This document shows, piece after piece, positions 8,965-16,500 of a stretch of DNA of 58,138 nucleotides. Every line of letters starts with the position of its first letter. The stretch's first letter is position 1. The position numbers were made by a program, and so were the translations under genes. This DNA comes from Pseudomonadota bacterium (GTDB taxonomy: Bacteria; Desulfobacterota; Syntrophia; Syntrophales; UBA5619), in NCBI GenBank assembly GCA_018827585.1, contig JAHJXP010000016.1, positions 1 to 58,138 of the forward strand. Reading direction: 5' to 3'. The notes beneath the pieces were generated by a model that had not been told where the DNA came from, searched no databases, and was given only the letters and a program-made list of their open reading frames with translations.

Positions 8965-9660
8965 TTAAGAAACCAGAAGAAATTCCCTTACTATCTCATC
9001 CCATCTTTCCCGATCTATGTTTTTTGCTATTCCGTCAACCGGCACACCGCCATCCTGGGATACGGCGCCAAGGTTGTAATTCATCCGCGCAAGCAGCTTT
9101 TCCCTTACCTCTTCCATCCATTTTCTGGCAAGCCCGCCCGACAATAAATTCTTTAGATTGGCCGAAACTCTCGGCGCCTGAACCTTCATCAGCCAGGACT
9201 GACCGTAAGGATCCTTGCCGATACTCTCCGGCGAATTCAACAGACTCTCATTTATATCCAGTATTTTCCCATCTACTGGCGAGAGCATGTCGATGGATTT
9301 TGAGCCCACCTGCAGGCTCCAGGCCTTTTCTCCCTGCGAGACCTGGGAGCCGACCTGCGGAAGTTTTATCGCATCGATCTTTCCCACCAGCTTTTGGGCA
9401 AAATCGTCGATCCCGACTCTTACCACATTGTCGCCCTCCGGCTTCGCCCAACTGTGTCCCTGATGAAAATACATTCCTTCCAGCGGGAGATGGAACCAAT
9501 CGCTGATGGCGGGAAAAACGTTCGCGTATTCCCGGTAAACCGCCACCGCTGGTCTGCTCAAAAACCTCCAGAAGTAGGCGAAGAACAGAAGACCGCTGAT
9601 CACCAGCAAATATTCAATGCCCTTGGTTGCGAAAATGTCAACATACGTGAAGCCATCCAC
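8965..9660 (-). CDS. membrane-anchored GcvH-fold protein (paralogue of 8101-8943)
   Basis: GTG start, one N-terminal TM (YLLVISGLLFFAYFWRFL), then HQGHSWAKPEGDNVVRVGIDDFAQ...LQVGSKSIDMLSPVDGKI...DPYGQSWLMKV. A Lys sits near the canonical lipoyl position. The C-terminal extension contains the same QDGGV motif as the paralogue. Confidence 0.7.
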   Translation of the reverse strand: MDGFTYVDIFATKGIEYLLVISGLLFFAYFWRFLSRPAVAVYREYANVFPAISDWFHLPLEGMYFHQGHSWAKPEGDNVVRVGIDDFAQKLVGKIDAIKLPQVGSQVSQGEKAWSLQVGSKSIDMLSPVDGKILDINESLLNSPESIGKDPYGQSWLMKVQAPRVSANLKNLLSGGLARKWMEEVREKLLARMNYNLGAVSQDGGVPVDGIAKNIDRERWDEIVREFLLVS

Positions 9661-9692
9661 CGTAAAACCTCCTTTCTTATCGGGAAAATGCC

Positions 9693-11024
9693 TTACTTTT
9701 TCTCTTTATCGATGGAGCTGCCGCCATCGGCCATGGTAAGCCCCAGTTGAAGACCGAGAGCAACAGCCCGCTCCACGCTTTCCTCTTCCTGTTCTTGCTC
9801 AATTGCCCATTGGGGCGGTTTTTTCAAGATGGGGACCCGGTTGACGATCCATATGAATACCCACACCATCGTGAACACAATTGCCAGGGTTATGACCACC
9901 TCCATCCAGGAGGGAATATATCTCTCACTCAACGGCAGATACCATTTGTAGGCAATGATGGAATAATCAACCCGGTTGATAATGACCCCGATCATGGTCA
10001 GGACCGCTGCAATTCGGATCGGAGCGGGGTTTCCGGACTTTACGCCCCAGCTGAAGAGAAAGCCGGGAATCAACAGGAGTCCGATGAGTTCGGTAAGATA
10101 CCAGTAGCCCATGCCGGTATTCAGGAGCGACCAGTGTTTGCCGTGAACCAATACCAGGATCTGCAGGAAGAAATAAACAAACATCGTAATTGCGCAGGCA
10201 TTCCCCAGATCTATAATGATATCATCCCACGACCTTCTATATTCTTCGTCAATCCTGTCCTTCTCAAAGACCCGGAAGCTTACCGTTCCAATGAATATCA
10301 CTACCGAGAGTCCCGCATAGATGCTGGAGACAAAGAAAAGCAACGGGATAAATTCCGTATACCACAGGGGATGGATCTTCCATTTGGCCATCAGGAACAG
10401 CGCCCCGAGGCCCGACTGGTGGAGCGTTGAAAGAGTAACCCCTGCTATCACAGCTCCCAGGGTAAGAGAAGCGAGGAACTTGCGGGCTTTCTTCAACCCA
10501 AGCCACTCCGCAAATGCGGGCGATATCTCGACAAGCTGGGCGAGCATGTAAAGCAGGAAATGCCAGGCGACCAGAAACAGCACGGAATTTACCCCAAATC
10601 TGTTTCCGATGAGCGGATTGGCTATATTCCACCAGCGACCAAGGTCGAGCAGGATTGCCCCGGCATAAAAAACGTAGGCAAGGAAGCCATTGAGGACCGC
10701 CATTCTCACAATGGAGTGATATTTTTCTCCCCGGAGCACGTAAACGATGAAGGCAGTCACATAGGCGCCTCCTGCAAAAGCGACCCCAACCATGACAATG
10801 AATCCGATCCATATTCCCCAAGGATATTCGCTGGAACTATGGACAACCGAGCCCAGTCCCATGAAAAACCGGTACAGAATGAGAACTGCGCCGAGCAGGA
10901 TGACCGAACCGGTAATCACATTGAAGGGGGTCAAGATCTTTCCTTTCGGCTTCAATTCGCTCCGCATAAAGACAAGAAAATCCTTAAGACTGCTTATTTG
11001 CACTGCTGTAGTTGTCCTGTTCAT
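9693..11024 (-). CDS. integral-membrane quinone-interacting subunit, NrfD/HybB (polysulfide-reductase NrfD) family
   Basis: Many hydrophobic segments, and HybB/DsrP-type motifs (EYPWGIWIGF..., LDLGRWWN). Its start overlaps the upstream stop (ATGA at 11021-11024). Confidence 0.85.
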   Translation of the reverse strand: MNRTTTAVQISSLKDFLVFMRSELKPKGKILTPFNVITGSVILLGAVLILYRFFMGLGSVVHSSSEYPWGIWIGFIVMVGVAFAGGAYVTAFIVYVLRGEKYHSIVRMAVLNGFLAYVFYAGAILLDLGRWWNIANPLIGNRFGVNSVLFLVAWHFLLYMLAQLVEISPAFAEWLGLKKARKFLASLTLGAVIAGVTLSTLHQSGLGALFLMAKWKIHPLWYTEFIPLLFFVSSIYAGLSVVIFIGTVSFRVFEKDRIDEEYRRSWDDIIIDLGNACAITMFVYFFLQILVLVHGKHWSLLNTGMGYWYLTELIGLLLIPGFLFSWGVKSGNPAPIRIAAVLTMIGVIINRVDYSIIAYKWYLPLSERYIPSWMEVVITLAIVFTMVWVFIWIVNRVPILKKPPQWAIEQEQEEESVERAVALGLQLGLTMADGGSSIDKEKK

Positions 11025-11908
11025 CGTTTCCCTCCCTCTTCGCTTCTCACTTTGTCTTTCCGTTTGGTTATGGCGCTTACTCCGCTTAAGAATGCAGGCC
11101 AGAGAAGAAGGATGACCGGAACGCTGTAGAGAAATCCTTTCGTGTACTCTGGATAAGCGGTTGTTCCCAAATCGGTCCGGAAGCCGATCTGTTCAAACGG
11201 AACCGATGAGAGGTAAAGGTATCCTGTGCCGCCCGCCTCATGTTCTCCATAAATGTGGGAGGCGTATTCTCCCGAATTCTTATAGATACGCCTGTTTGCT
11301 TCTTCAATAAGGTTTCTTCTGGCGCCGAAGGTCAGCGCCTCCGCCGGACAGGCTTCCACGCAGGCGGGCTTTTCTCCCTTCTGGAGTCTCTCCCAGCAGA
11401 GATTGCATTTCTGAAGTTTGGGGGCGGCACTGTGATGTTCGAACTTCGGGATGTCGAAGGGGCATGACACCATGCAATATCGGCAGCCCATGCAGTTGGT
11501 GTCCCAGGTCACCGGTCCTTCCTCCCTTTTTTCCATCGCCTTCACCGGACACGCCGCAACACAGCCCGGCTGATTGCAGTGCATGCACTGCTTCTTCGCG
11601 AAAATCTCGCCCTTTTCCGTCTTATAGCGATTGACCAGGGTCCATTGCTTCTCCGATGTATCCCGTACTTTTTCAAATGCCGATGCGTCGCCTACATCCG
11701 GGACCGGCAAATTATGCGCCTCGGCGCACGCCAGCTCGCAGCTTCGACATCCGACGCACCGCGTGGTGTCGACAAGGACCCCCATGAATTCCTTATTTGC
11801 GGCAACCCCTGCCGCCTCAAGTTTGCCCGGCAACGAGAAACACCCCGGAGCTGCCAGCGCGACTCCCGTTCCCAGACACTTTAGAAAAGTCCTTCTATCA
11901 ATTCCCAT
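11021..11908 (-). CDS. Tat-exported 4x[4Fe-4S] ferredoxin-type subunit, NrfC/HybA/DsrO family, with a C-terminal membrane anchor
   Basis: Twin-arginine signal (DRRTFLKCLGTGVALAAPG), four Cys clusters (CVGCRSCELAC, CMHCNQPGCVAACP, CMGCRYCMVSCP, CNLC...CVEACP), and a hydrophobic C-terminal helix. Confidence 0.85.
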   Translation of the reverse strand: MGIDRRTFLKCLGTGVALAAPGCFSLPGKLEAAGVAANKEFMGVLVDTTRCVGCRSCELACAEAHNLPVPDVGDASAFEKVRDTSEKQWTLVNRYKTEKGEIFAKKQCMHCNQPGCVAACPVKAMEKREEGPVTWDTNCMGCRYCMVSCPFDIPKFEHHSAAPKLQKCNLCWERLQKGEKPACVEACPAEALTFGARRNLIEEANRRIYKNSGEYASHIYGEHEAGGTGYLYLSSVPFEQIGFRTDLGTTAYPEYTKGFLYSVPVILLLWPAFLSGVSAITKRKDKVRSEEGGKR

Positions 11909-12071
11909 AATTATTCAGCTCCTCCCTTCTCCAATCGAATCTCCGCGATCGTCTCTCGCAAACCCCGGGGGGCTTGCCAGCCAAACATGATTTGTCGCTG
12001 TAACTTCCCCGCATGATCTTTCTTGAGGAGACCGGAGACAATGCGGGCATGCCGACCAGGTTAAGAGCGGC

Positions 12072-12278
12072 TCACTCTTTTTTCTCTTTATCAATGGAAT
12101 CGCCGCCATCGGCCATGGTCAGTCCCAGTTGCGGATTAAAGGCAACGGTCCGCTCTTTGCGGATTGCGCCAAACCCATGCCTACAGAAATAGACGAGGGA
12201 TGTCAGCGTTCCCGTAAGCCACAACAGGGGGATCGTCACCCCTAACACGCCGATAATAATTAAAATTGCGAGTTTCAT
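12072..12278 (-). CDS. 68-aa hydrophobic mini-protein whose C-terminal 18 aa repeat the tail of the NrfD/HybB-like subunit
   Basis: The ATG at 12278 is preceded by GAGGAGGAAAGGG. The N-terminus is hydrophobic (KLAILIIIGVLGVTIPLLWLTG). The tail QLGLTMADGGDSIDKEKK matches QLGLTMADGGSSIDKEKK at 9696-9749. Confidence 0.55.
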   Translation of the reverse strand: MKLAILIIIGVLGVTIPLLWLTGTLTSLVYFCRHGFGAIRKERTVAFNPQLGLTMADGGDSIDKEKKE

Positions 12279-12392
12279 AACCCTTTCCTCCTCTCTATTG
12301 AATCCATCCTCGCCGGACATCGCCACGGTTGTTCAATTCCTGTCATTACATCCGACCTGCCATCCCGGATCTTCTTTTTTGCCTTTTATTAG

Positions 12393-12408
12393 TCCAATAA
12401 CCATGCCA
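12393..12408 (-). promoter_or_regulatory. weak sigma-54-like -24/-12 element (TGGCAT-N5-TTGGA) facing the HybAB-like operon
   Basis: The reverse complement reads TGGCATGGTTATTGGA. Spacing is correct, but the conserved -12 GC is GG. It lies about 115 nt upstream of the mini-protein ATG. Confidence 0.25.
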
Positions 12409-12443
12409 AAGCGGAAAAGCCCGGATAATCTTCAGTCGGGACT

Positions 12444-12474
12444 TGTAAATACTGCATGATAGTAATAATTTACA
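12444..12474. promoter_or_regulatory. inverted repeat TGTAAAT-N17-ATTTACA (candidate regulator binding site)
   Basis: A perfect 7-bp inverted repeat in the AT-rich divergent intergenic region. The same half-site recurs at 12531-12586. Confidence 0.4.
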
Positions 12475-12530
12475 GGTATCAGTGAAAGATTGTCGGGATT
12501 TCTGGCACAGTGGCTGTCCCGCAAGAAGTG

Positions 12531-12586
12531 TTATAAATATTTACACATCCCTGTTAATAATTTTTACTGCCCGTGTAAATTTATAA
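12531..12586. promoter_or_regulatory. inverted repeat TTATAAATATTTACAC ... GTGTAAATTTATAA (candidate regulator binding site)
   Basis: A 14-16-bp imperfect inverted repeat sharing the TGTAAAT/ATTTACA half-site with 12444-12474. Confidence 0.4.
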
Positions 12587-12845
12587 AAAACAAACAATTA
12601 AGAGGATGCCGGGTGTTAAGAAAATGAACAATGTTTTTTATTATTAAGAACGAGATCTCCATCAGCAATTGTTCAGAGATCTCATAAGCACGTTTTTGTT
12701 GGCAATGAAAATCGCGATTGTATTAATTTATAAAAACTGGCATAAGGCGTCAGAGATATCTCCCCGTAAAAGGTCGCAGCGGCGGAGGGATAATTCAATG
12801 ATATCTGGCTTGATTGCGTTATGCCGTTAATGCAGAGGAGGAAGA

Positions 12846-13901
12846 ATGATGAGTTGGATGAAGTGGGTTCCGATTTTGCTCGCAGCAGTGCTCTTGTCCC
12901 CGCTCGCGGCGCCGGCGGCGGGTGCGGCGGCGAACCATTATTGTATAACCTGTCACGGTGAAAAGACCGTCATTAACAAGGGGGCGCACCTCTATATCGA
13001 TCCGGTGAAATATGAGCTGACGACGCATGCAAAAATCGGGTGCGTTGCCTGTCATGACAATGTAACGAAGCGTCATCCGGCGGACGGCGTCCGGCCGTCG
13101 CGGGCAAAATGCCAGGATTGTCACTCCTCTGTCTTTTCCGAATACCAGCAAAGCTCGCACAGCCAGTACGCCGGATGCACGGATTGCCATAAGCCTCATG
13201 CAACGAAGCCGCTGCTGGCGGTGTCCAGTCGCGACATCAACAGCCAGTGCGCCAAGTGTCACGAATATTCCCAAACGGTCAAAAGCCATTCCAAATGGCT
13301 GCCTCGGGCGGCGCTCCACATAGACGCCCTGCCGTGCATCACCTGCCATACGGGTTCGGAAAATTATTTCATCACCCTGTATATGGCGATAAAGGCATCG
13401 GGATCGCCTCTGGGCGGCTTCAATCTGGCCGATTTTGACGATTTGCGTCCGTTTTTATCGGCAGGGAAAAACGCTGAGACGATGATCGACAGCGACGGCG
13501 ATGGGGCCATATCGGTGAGCGAGTTGAAAAAATTCAATACAAACAGCCGGTACCGAAACATAATTCTCCTGGGGACCATGATGCCCGAGGTGGTAACGCA
13601 CAGTTACCAGATCCTGAATAACCGCTGGGACTGCACTTTCTGCCACGTCTCGGGGTCAAAGGCGCAGCAGATAAGCTACCTGGCGTTTCCCGGGCAGGAT
13701 GGCGCTTACGGCCGCATGGAAGTGGAAAAAGGCGCCATTCTGGACATCCTTTACGGGACCCCAGATTTCTATATGATCGGCTTTACGCGCAGCAAAATCT
13801 TGAGCATCATCGGGGGGCTGATCGCCGCCGCGGGACTTATGGTGCCCATTTTGCACGGTACGCTGCGCTTTCTCACCAGAAACAGAAGAAAGGAGCAATG
13901 A
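12846..13901 (+). CDS. membrane-anchored heptahaem c-type cytochrome (CbcA-like)
   Basis: RBS AGGAGG, a signal peptide, seven CxxCH motifs (CITCH, CVACH, CQDCH, CTDCH, CAKCH, CITCH, CTFCH), and a C-terminal TM helix (ILSIIGGLIAAAGLMVPILHG). Confidence 0.85.
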   Translation: MMSWMKWVPILLAAVLLSPLAAPAAGAAANHYCITCHGEKTVINKGAHLYIDPVKYELTTHAKIGCVACHDNVTKRHPADGVRPSRAKCQDCHSSVFSEYQQSSHSQYAGCTDCHKPHATKPLLAVSSRDINSQCAKCHEYSQTVKSHSKWLPRAALHIDALPCITCHTGSENYFITLYMAIKASGSPLGGFNLADFDDLRPFLSAGKNAETMIDSDGDGAISVSELKKFNTNSRYRNIILLGTMMPEVVTHSYQILNNRWDCTFCHVSGSKAQQISYLAFPGQDGAYGRMEVEKGAILDILYGTPDFYMIGFTRSKILSIIGGLIAAAGLMVPILHGTLRFLTRNRRKEQ

Positions 13902-13902
13902 C

Positions 13903-14559
13903 ATGTCGCCAGACACGACTATGGAAAAGATCTACCTTACTCCTACGCCGGTCAGAATATGGCACTGGCTCAACGCACTCGGCATCGTGACCCTTTGCGT
14001 CACGGGCCTGCAGATCAGATTTCCTGAATATGCCAACATCTTTGGGACTTACAAGGCGGCAATCAAATTGCACGATGTCGCCGGCGTAACGGTTTCGATC
14101 TCCTTTTTAATCTGGTTTTTTTACTACCTGTTCGTGGCCAGAAATCTGGTAAAGCTCTATGTCCCCAATCTGGACGATATCAGACAGGGGCTGTTCAAAC
14201 AGGCGTTTTTCTATTTCTTCGCCTACTTTCTGGGCCGGCAGAATCCCCATACCGCAACGCAGGAAAGCAAGTTCAACGCCATCCAAAAGCTGAGCTATCT
14301 GTTCATCATGTTTCTGTTTCTGCCGCTCGTGATCGTCAGCGGCCTGCTGCTGATGAATATTGAGCCTCTGCGGGGATGGATCGTCATGATCGGGGGGATC
14401 GCGTTCCTCGCCGACGCCCATTACCTGATTGCCTGCTCCTTTTTTGCCTTTCTGTGCGTCCACATCTATATGGCCACGCTTGGTCACACGCCTTTTTCCC
14501 ATTTCCGGCAGATGTGGACGGGTTGGGAAGAGGTGGAAAGCGGCGGAAGAAGCAAATAG
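13903..14559 (+). CDS. b-type cytochrome, PhsC/FdnI/hydrogenase cytochrome-b family (CbcB-like)
   Basis: Starts 1 nt after the upstream stop. The RIWHWLNALGIVTLCVTGLQI N-terminus and several TM helices with conserved His are typical of this dihaem cytochrome b family. Confidence 0.8.
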   Translation: MSPDTTMEKIYLTPTPVRIWHWLNALGIVTLCVTGLQIRFPEYANIFGTYKAAIKLHDVAGVTVSISFLIWFFYYLFVARNLVKLYVPNLDDIRQGLFKQAFFYFFAYFLGRQNPHTATQESKFNAIQKLSYLFIMFLFLPLVIVSGLLLMNIEPLRGWIVMIGGIAFLADAHYLIACSFFAFLCVHIYMATLGHTPFSHFRQMWTGWEEVESGGRSK

Positions 14560-14602
14560 AGGACAGTGATTCTGTTCCTTTTATTTTTCAGGAGGCGACA
14601 AC

Positions 14603-15376
14603 ATGAAGCAGCGGTGCGCGGTTTTCATCTTGATCGTGACGGTTTTAGCCTGCTCTTTTGCCTATGCTGTCGACATCAAGGATGTCACCATTAAAATACC
14701 CAATTTCGGTAAGGTGGTATTCAACCACAGCAAACACTTTCTCCAGGAGGGGATCAAGAACAACTGCAAGGCCTGCCACAATGCCATTTTCAACCTCAGG
14801 GCCAAGCCCCGTACCCATTTTACCATGGCGGACATGGAAAAGGGGAAATCCTGCGGCGCCTGTCACAACGGCAAACGCGCCTTCGGTCTCGCCGATTGCA
14901 TCAAATGCCATAAAGTCGCGGACGTGACTATGAAGGTCAAGGAGACTGGACCGGTGACCTTCAGTCATAAAAAGCATCTCGCCGCCGCCGATAAGTGCGC
15001 CGTCTGCCATCCCAAGCTTTACGACATGACTCCTAATAAGCCGGTTACCATGGCCCAGATGGAAAAAGGGAAGTCCTGCGGCGCCTGCCATAACGGTAAG
15101 AGCGCCTTCAAGGTCGATGAATGCACCAAGTGCCATCCCGTCAGAGATGTGGATTTTAAGGTAAAGGATGCCGGGGATGTCATGTTCAGCCACGAGCTGC
15201 ACACCGGCATCTACAAGTGCGGCGATTGCCATGTGAAGCTCTATCTCCCTTCCGCGAAGAACAAGAGGGTGACCAAGGCGGAGATGGAGGCGGCCAAATC
15301 GTGCGGCGCCTGCCATCTCGACGGCAAGGACGCCTTTACCGTGAAGGAGAATTGCGACCGCTGCCACAAGATGTAA
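14603..15376 (+). CDS. periplasmic nonahaem cytochrome made of three tandem c7-type trihaem modules
   Basis: Signal peptide and nine CxxCH motifs. A thrice-repeated ~80-aa module carries FxHxxH...CxxCH...M(E)KGKSCGACHNGK.AF...CxKCH. Confidence 0.85.
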   Translation: MKQRCAVFILIVTVLACSFAYAVDIKDVTIKIPNFGKVVFNHSKHFLQEGIKNNCKACHNAIFNLRAKPRTHFTMADMEKGKSCGACHNGKRAFGLADCIKCHKVADVTMKVKETGPVTFSHKKHLAAADKCAVCHPKLYDMTPNKPVTMAQMEKGKSCGACHNGKSAFKVDECTKCHPVRDVDFKVKDAGDVMFSHELHTGIYKCGDCHVKLYLPSAKNKRVTKAEMEAAKSCGACHLDGKDAFTVKENCDRCHKM

Positions 15377-15379
15377 TGA

Positions 15380-15430
15380 GGGACAGATACCTATTTACCC
15401 AGGGGAAATAGGTATCTGTCCCCATTTTCC
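15380..15430 (+). terminator. Rho-independent terminator of the cytochrome operon
   Basis: A perfect 17-bp stem GGGACAGATACCTATTT / AAATAGGTATCTGTCCC with a 9-nt loop, followed by CATTTTCC. It starts 4 nt after the stop codon. Confidence 0.8.
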
Positions 15431-15530
15431 AAGTGGCGTCTGTCTCGTAATAATATTTGACAAAGGGGATTTTATTGTTAACTTACGTGAAAATCACCGG
15501 ACCTGAAGAGGGTCCAACAAGGAGAGGAAA

Positions 15531-15848
15531 ATGTTTTCAGTATCTGAAAAAGCAAGTGATATGATTAAGGAATTCCTTAATAGTCGCACGGAGGCCCCTT
15601 CCATCCGGGTCCTGATGCAGGAGGGCGGCTGAGCGGGGCCCTCTCTGGGCATGGCTCTGGATGAGTCAACACAGGACGACGATGTATTCGAGGATCGGGG
15701 TGTCAACTTTTTAGTCGAAAAGTCGCTCTTTGCGAGGGTCAAGCCGATCGAGGTCGATTTCATCACCACCCCGCAGGGCGCCGGATTCAAGGTTACATCC
15801 AGCCTGAGTCAGGAAGGCGGCTGCGGCTCTTCCTGCAGCAGTTGCTGA
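15531..15848 (+). CDS. HesB/IscA-like selenoprotein (in-frame UGA at 15630-15632 read as Sec), 105 aa
   Basis: The ATG at 15531 has RBS GGAGAGG upstream. MFSVSEKASDMIKEFL...IRVLMQEGG-TGA-AGPSLGMALDE... continues in the same frame as track ORF 15651-15848. The TGA sits exactly where IscA/HesB proteins have the GGC(S/A)G cysteine. The C-terminus is Cys-rich (GGCGSSCSSC). Confidence 0.7.
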
Positions 15849-15972
15849 GATCATGCCCCGGAGGCTCCGGTCTCCCGGGGCGGAAGCCGCTCATCGGGAG
15901 CGGGTCCGAAGATCCCGGCTGAAACGGGCAGATTTTTTCCGGCCCGGCTTCCCAGGCCGGAAGACCGAGGAA

Positions 15973-16488
15973 TCAGGTCTTTCCCATCTTCTGCAGAGTC
16001 TCCCGAAAAACGTGATAAAAGGCGGCGTTATCGCCCACGCCCCGCTTGATGATCTTTCCCGCCTCGTCGATACTCTTGAGATTGAGGATGAGATTGACGC
16101 TCCGGTTGAAGGCGGCCATGTTGTCCATTGTCCGGTGCTGCCCGCTGACCAGGACGACGAAGATTTTCCTCCGTATTACCGCGGCCAGGTTTTCCAGATA
16201 AAGCAGGACGTCGTTCGCTTGCGGGTCCTCCGTGTCGAAGCGTTCGTTGAGAACCACGAGATCGTAAACATGGAACCGCATGTACCTCAGGGCTTCCTTG
16301 GCCGTGGCTGGTTCCGTAATCTGATAGTTCACCTCCCGGAGGGCGCCGCTGATCTTTTCCCGGACGGCCGGATCCGGTTCGCACACCAGGGCGGTTTCGC
16401 CCCCTTCTCCCACGAAGTCGAACGGCCGATCCGCGGCGTCGTAACCCTCCGCCGCGACTTCATTCAACAGGCTCTTCTCGTCTTCCAT
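15973..16488 (-). CDS. stand-alone receiver-like (pseudo-receiver) protein downstream of the pilT paralogues
   Basis: CheY-like pattern, but the phospho-acceptor position reads YDLVVLNERF (Asn instead of Asp) and the acidic pocket is VCEPD. The ATG is 12 nt after the upstream stop. Confidence 0.6.
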   Translation of the reverse strand: MEDEKSLLNEVAAEGYDAADRPFDFVGEGGETALVCEPDPAVREKISGALREVNYQITEPATAKEALRYMRFHVYDLVVLNERFDTEDPQANDVLLYLENLAAVIRRKIFVVLVSGQHRTMDNMAAFNRSVNLILNLKSIDEAGKIIKRGVGDNAAFYHVFRETLQKMGKT

Positions 16489-16500
16489 CACACGCCTCCC

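Noticed and set aside
12503-12518. TGGCAC at 12503 as the -24 box of a sigma-54 promoter for the cytochrome operon.
   Set aside because: The -12 region reads CTGT (no GC at the required spacing), and it lies about 340 nt from the start codon between the two palindromes. Other TGGC-containing sites nearer the gene have wrong spacing. The promoter is left unassigned.
15913-15937. CCCG-GCUGAAA-CGGG followed by CAGAUUUUUU as the terminator of the selenoprotein gene.
   Set aside because: The stem is only 4 bp and it lies 65 nt past the stop. It is plausible but too weak to list as a feature.
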